Below are positions 62,359 to 64,000 of a stretch of 64,000 nucleotides of DNA, one piece after another. Source of the DNA: Lama guanicoe (taxonomy: Eukaryota). Below the pieces are notes generated by a model. It ran no database searches and was not told the DNA's origin. It saw only the letters and a list, made by a program, of their open reading frames with translations. Location: NCBI GenBank assembly GCA_013239625.1, contig MU053934.1, forward strand, positions 837,285 through 901,284. Reading direction: 5' to 3'. Made by a program: the position numbers and the translations under genes. Each line of letters begins with the position of its first letter. The first letter of the stretch is position 1.

Positions 62359-63714
62359 TTTGTGCTTGTGCCTGAGTGTGCATGTATGAGAAAGAGCTTC
62401 ACAGAGAAGGGAGCATTTGTGTTTACCGGGCAGGAGGGCAACATTCTGTTTGACAGACAGGAAGTGGCAGCAGAAAGTTTAGGAAAGTGACTTCACTTTT
62501 CTGAGCTTCAGATTCCTCAAAGTTAACGTGGGGAAATAATGTTCACCTCGTAAATTAAACGAACAGTAAGGATTATGAATGCTTATACAGAACTTAGTTT
62601 TGTTTGGACCAGTTCTAAGGGAAGTATACACATTGTTTCCTCTAATTCTTACCATGTCTTTGTGGAGTAGGTACGATTGTAATCCTAATTTTATAGTGAA
62701 AGCAACAGTAAGACCAGATGATTAAATACATGTTCACAGTTGCATAATCTTATGGAAAACTGGTATGAATATGAAATGCTTATGCTGAGCCTGGGGGCTC
62801 CAGAGAACCATGCTGCCTTCCAGTAGGGGAGAGATGGAGGGTGTGCTGGAAGGGCCTTTGGATTCCCAGAATGTGCTCGTTCATACTCTGGTTGCACAGA
62901 CTTTTAGCCTCCCTCAGGTGAGTCCTGCGGCTCTATTCCAGAACCTGGTGTGCTGTATCAGAGGAAGGAATAGCTAGAGAAGTATGTTTGCTAAGTCCTT
63001 TGTAAACGTGCAAGGGTTTCCTAAATGCTGATTTACAAGTAGAGGGCATCTCAGAAAGAAGATGCATCACTGTTCCTTGAGTGTGTTCTGTGAGCAGCTC
63101 TGCAGCAAAGTGGGAAAAGGAAGACGTGGAATCGACAGCCCTGAACTCACTCCAGTCAGAGCTATTCCGGGGTGAGAAGATGGAACCCACCGGGTAAAGA
63201 AGTGAAAATGAGGCCCATGGAAGAGCTCTGCTTTGTGTTCAAACACGCTGGCTATCTCCTTTCCTCCTGTTCCTGGATAAGAGAAGCATGTTTATGGTGA
63301 GTGAGGTTGAGTATTAACTTGATCAGGAGTCAGCTGCAGGTAACAGACACTATGGTAAATATTTTCAGGAGGAAATATTTTAAACAGAGCTTTAGGGTCT
63401 TTCAAAATCTTCAGAAGAGTTAGGGGAGTGGCCAGCAGTCTGGGCTTCTAGACCTCCCAAGAATGATGCTGCAGAACCAACCCACCTAGGGGGCTGCTTC
63501 CACTGCCACACTCAAGGATTTGAGGAGTTGAGAAGTCCCAACACTAGAACCATTGACTCCAGCAGCAAAACATCTGAGCAGTGACCCAGGGATCAGGAAC
63601 GTAGCTGCAGCTGCTGCTTCCGAGCCTGCTCGAGGAGCTGTGCACGACTGGCTCTGGGCATGATCCCCGTTAAAGTTCTGAAGCCCTGCCTTCCAACCTT
63701 GACTGCACCGCTCT

Positions 63715-63850
63715 CTTACGGATGACCTTGTGGAAGTTACTTCACCTCTCCAAGCCTCAGTCTCCCCATCTGTAAAGTGTGCTACCTCTCAGGCTTCTGT
63801 GAGACCTTGGTGAGAAAACCTGTGGAAAGAACCTAGCAGAGTGCCCTCTG
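63715..63850 (+). mobile_element. MIR core
   Basis: tgaccttgtggaagttacttcacctctccaagcctcagtctccccatctgtaaagtg. Confidence 0.85.
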
Positions 63851-64000
63851 TTTAGCCATTCCTCCCCCTGGTGATACAGTGTGGTTTCCGGTTTGCTGAG
63901 CTGCACTCCCAAATCCTCAGACGCTCCCCTCCACGTGTCAGGAGGCTTACAGTTTCCACAGGATGCTCACAGATTGTTAGAGGCAGAGGGAATCAATTAG

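Noticed and set aside
1..64000. A novel multi-component biological system or an identifiable host gene
   Set aside because: No coding exons, RNA genes or foreign-composition segment were seen. The content is explained by eutherian repeats plus unique non-coding DNA. Short exons or lncRNAs cannot be excluded without alignment or RNA-seq.

Overview
This is mammalian (eutherian) intergenic or intronic DNA, most likely from a camelid (alpaca, llama or camel). The assignment rests on a tRNA-Ala-derived SINE matching the camelid Vic-1 structure (22089-22281) and on cetartiodactyl-type L1 3' ends. Much of the window is interspersed repeat: MIR and L2 relics, old and younger L1 fragments, MaLR/ERVL/ERV1 LTRs, and hAT MITEs (MER58, MER20, MER96, MER53, MER5). 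I find no protein-coding exon, RNA gene, CRISPR array or CpG island. The ORF track is noise, apart from decayed L1 ORF1/ORF2 remnants and one simple-repeat ORF. I do not see a new multi-gene biological system. The items worth a second look are a ~31-bp minisatellite carrying six SOX-type hexamers, a two-LTR MaLR provirus, a ~200-bp tandem duplication, nested insertions with target-site duplications (TSDs), palindromic MITEs, and several repeat-free, motif-rich islands that may be enhancers. Repeat family names come from recalled consensus sequences, not a database search, and boundaries of old elements are approximate.
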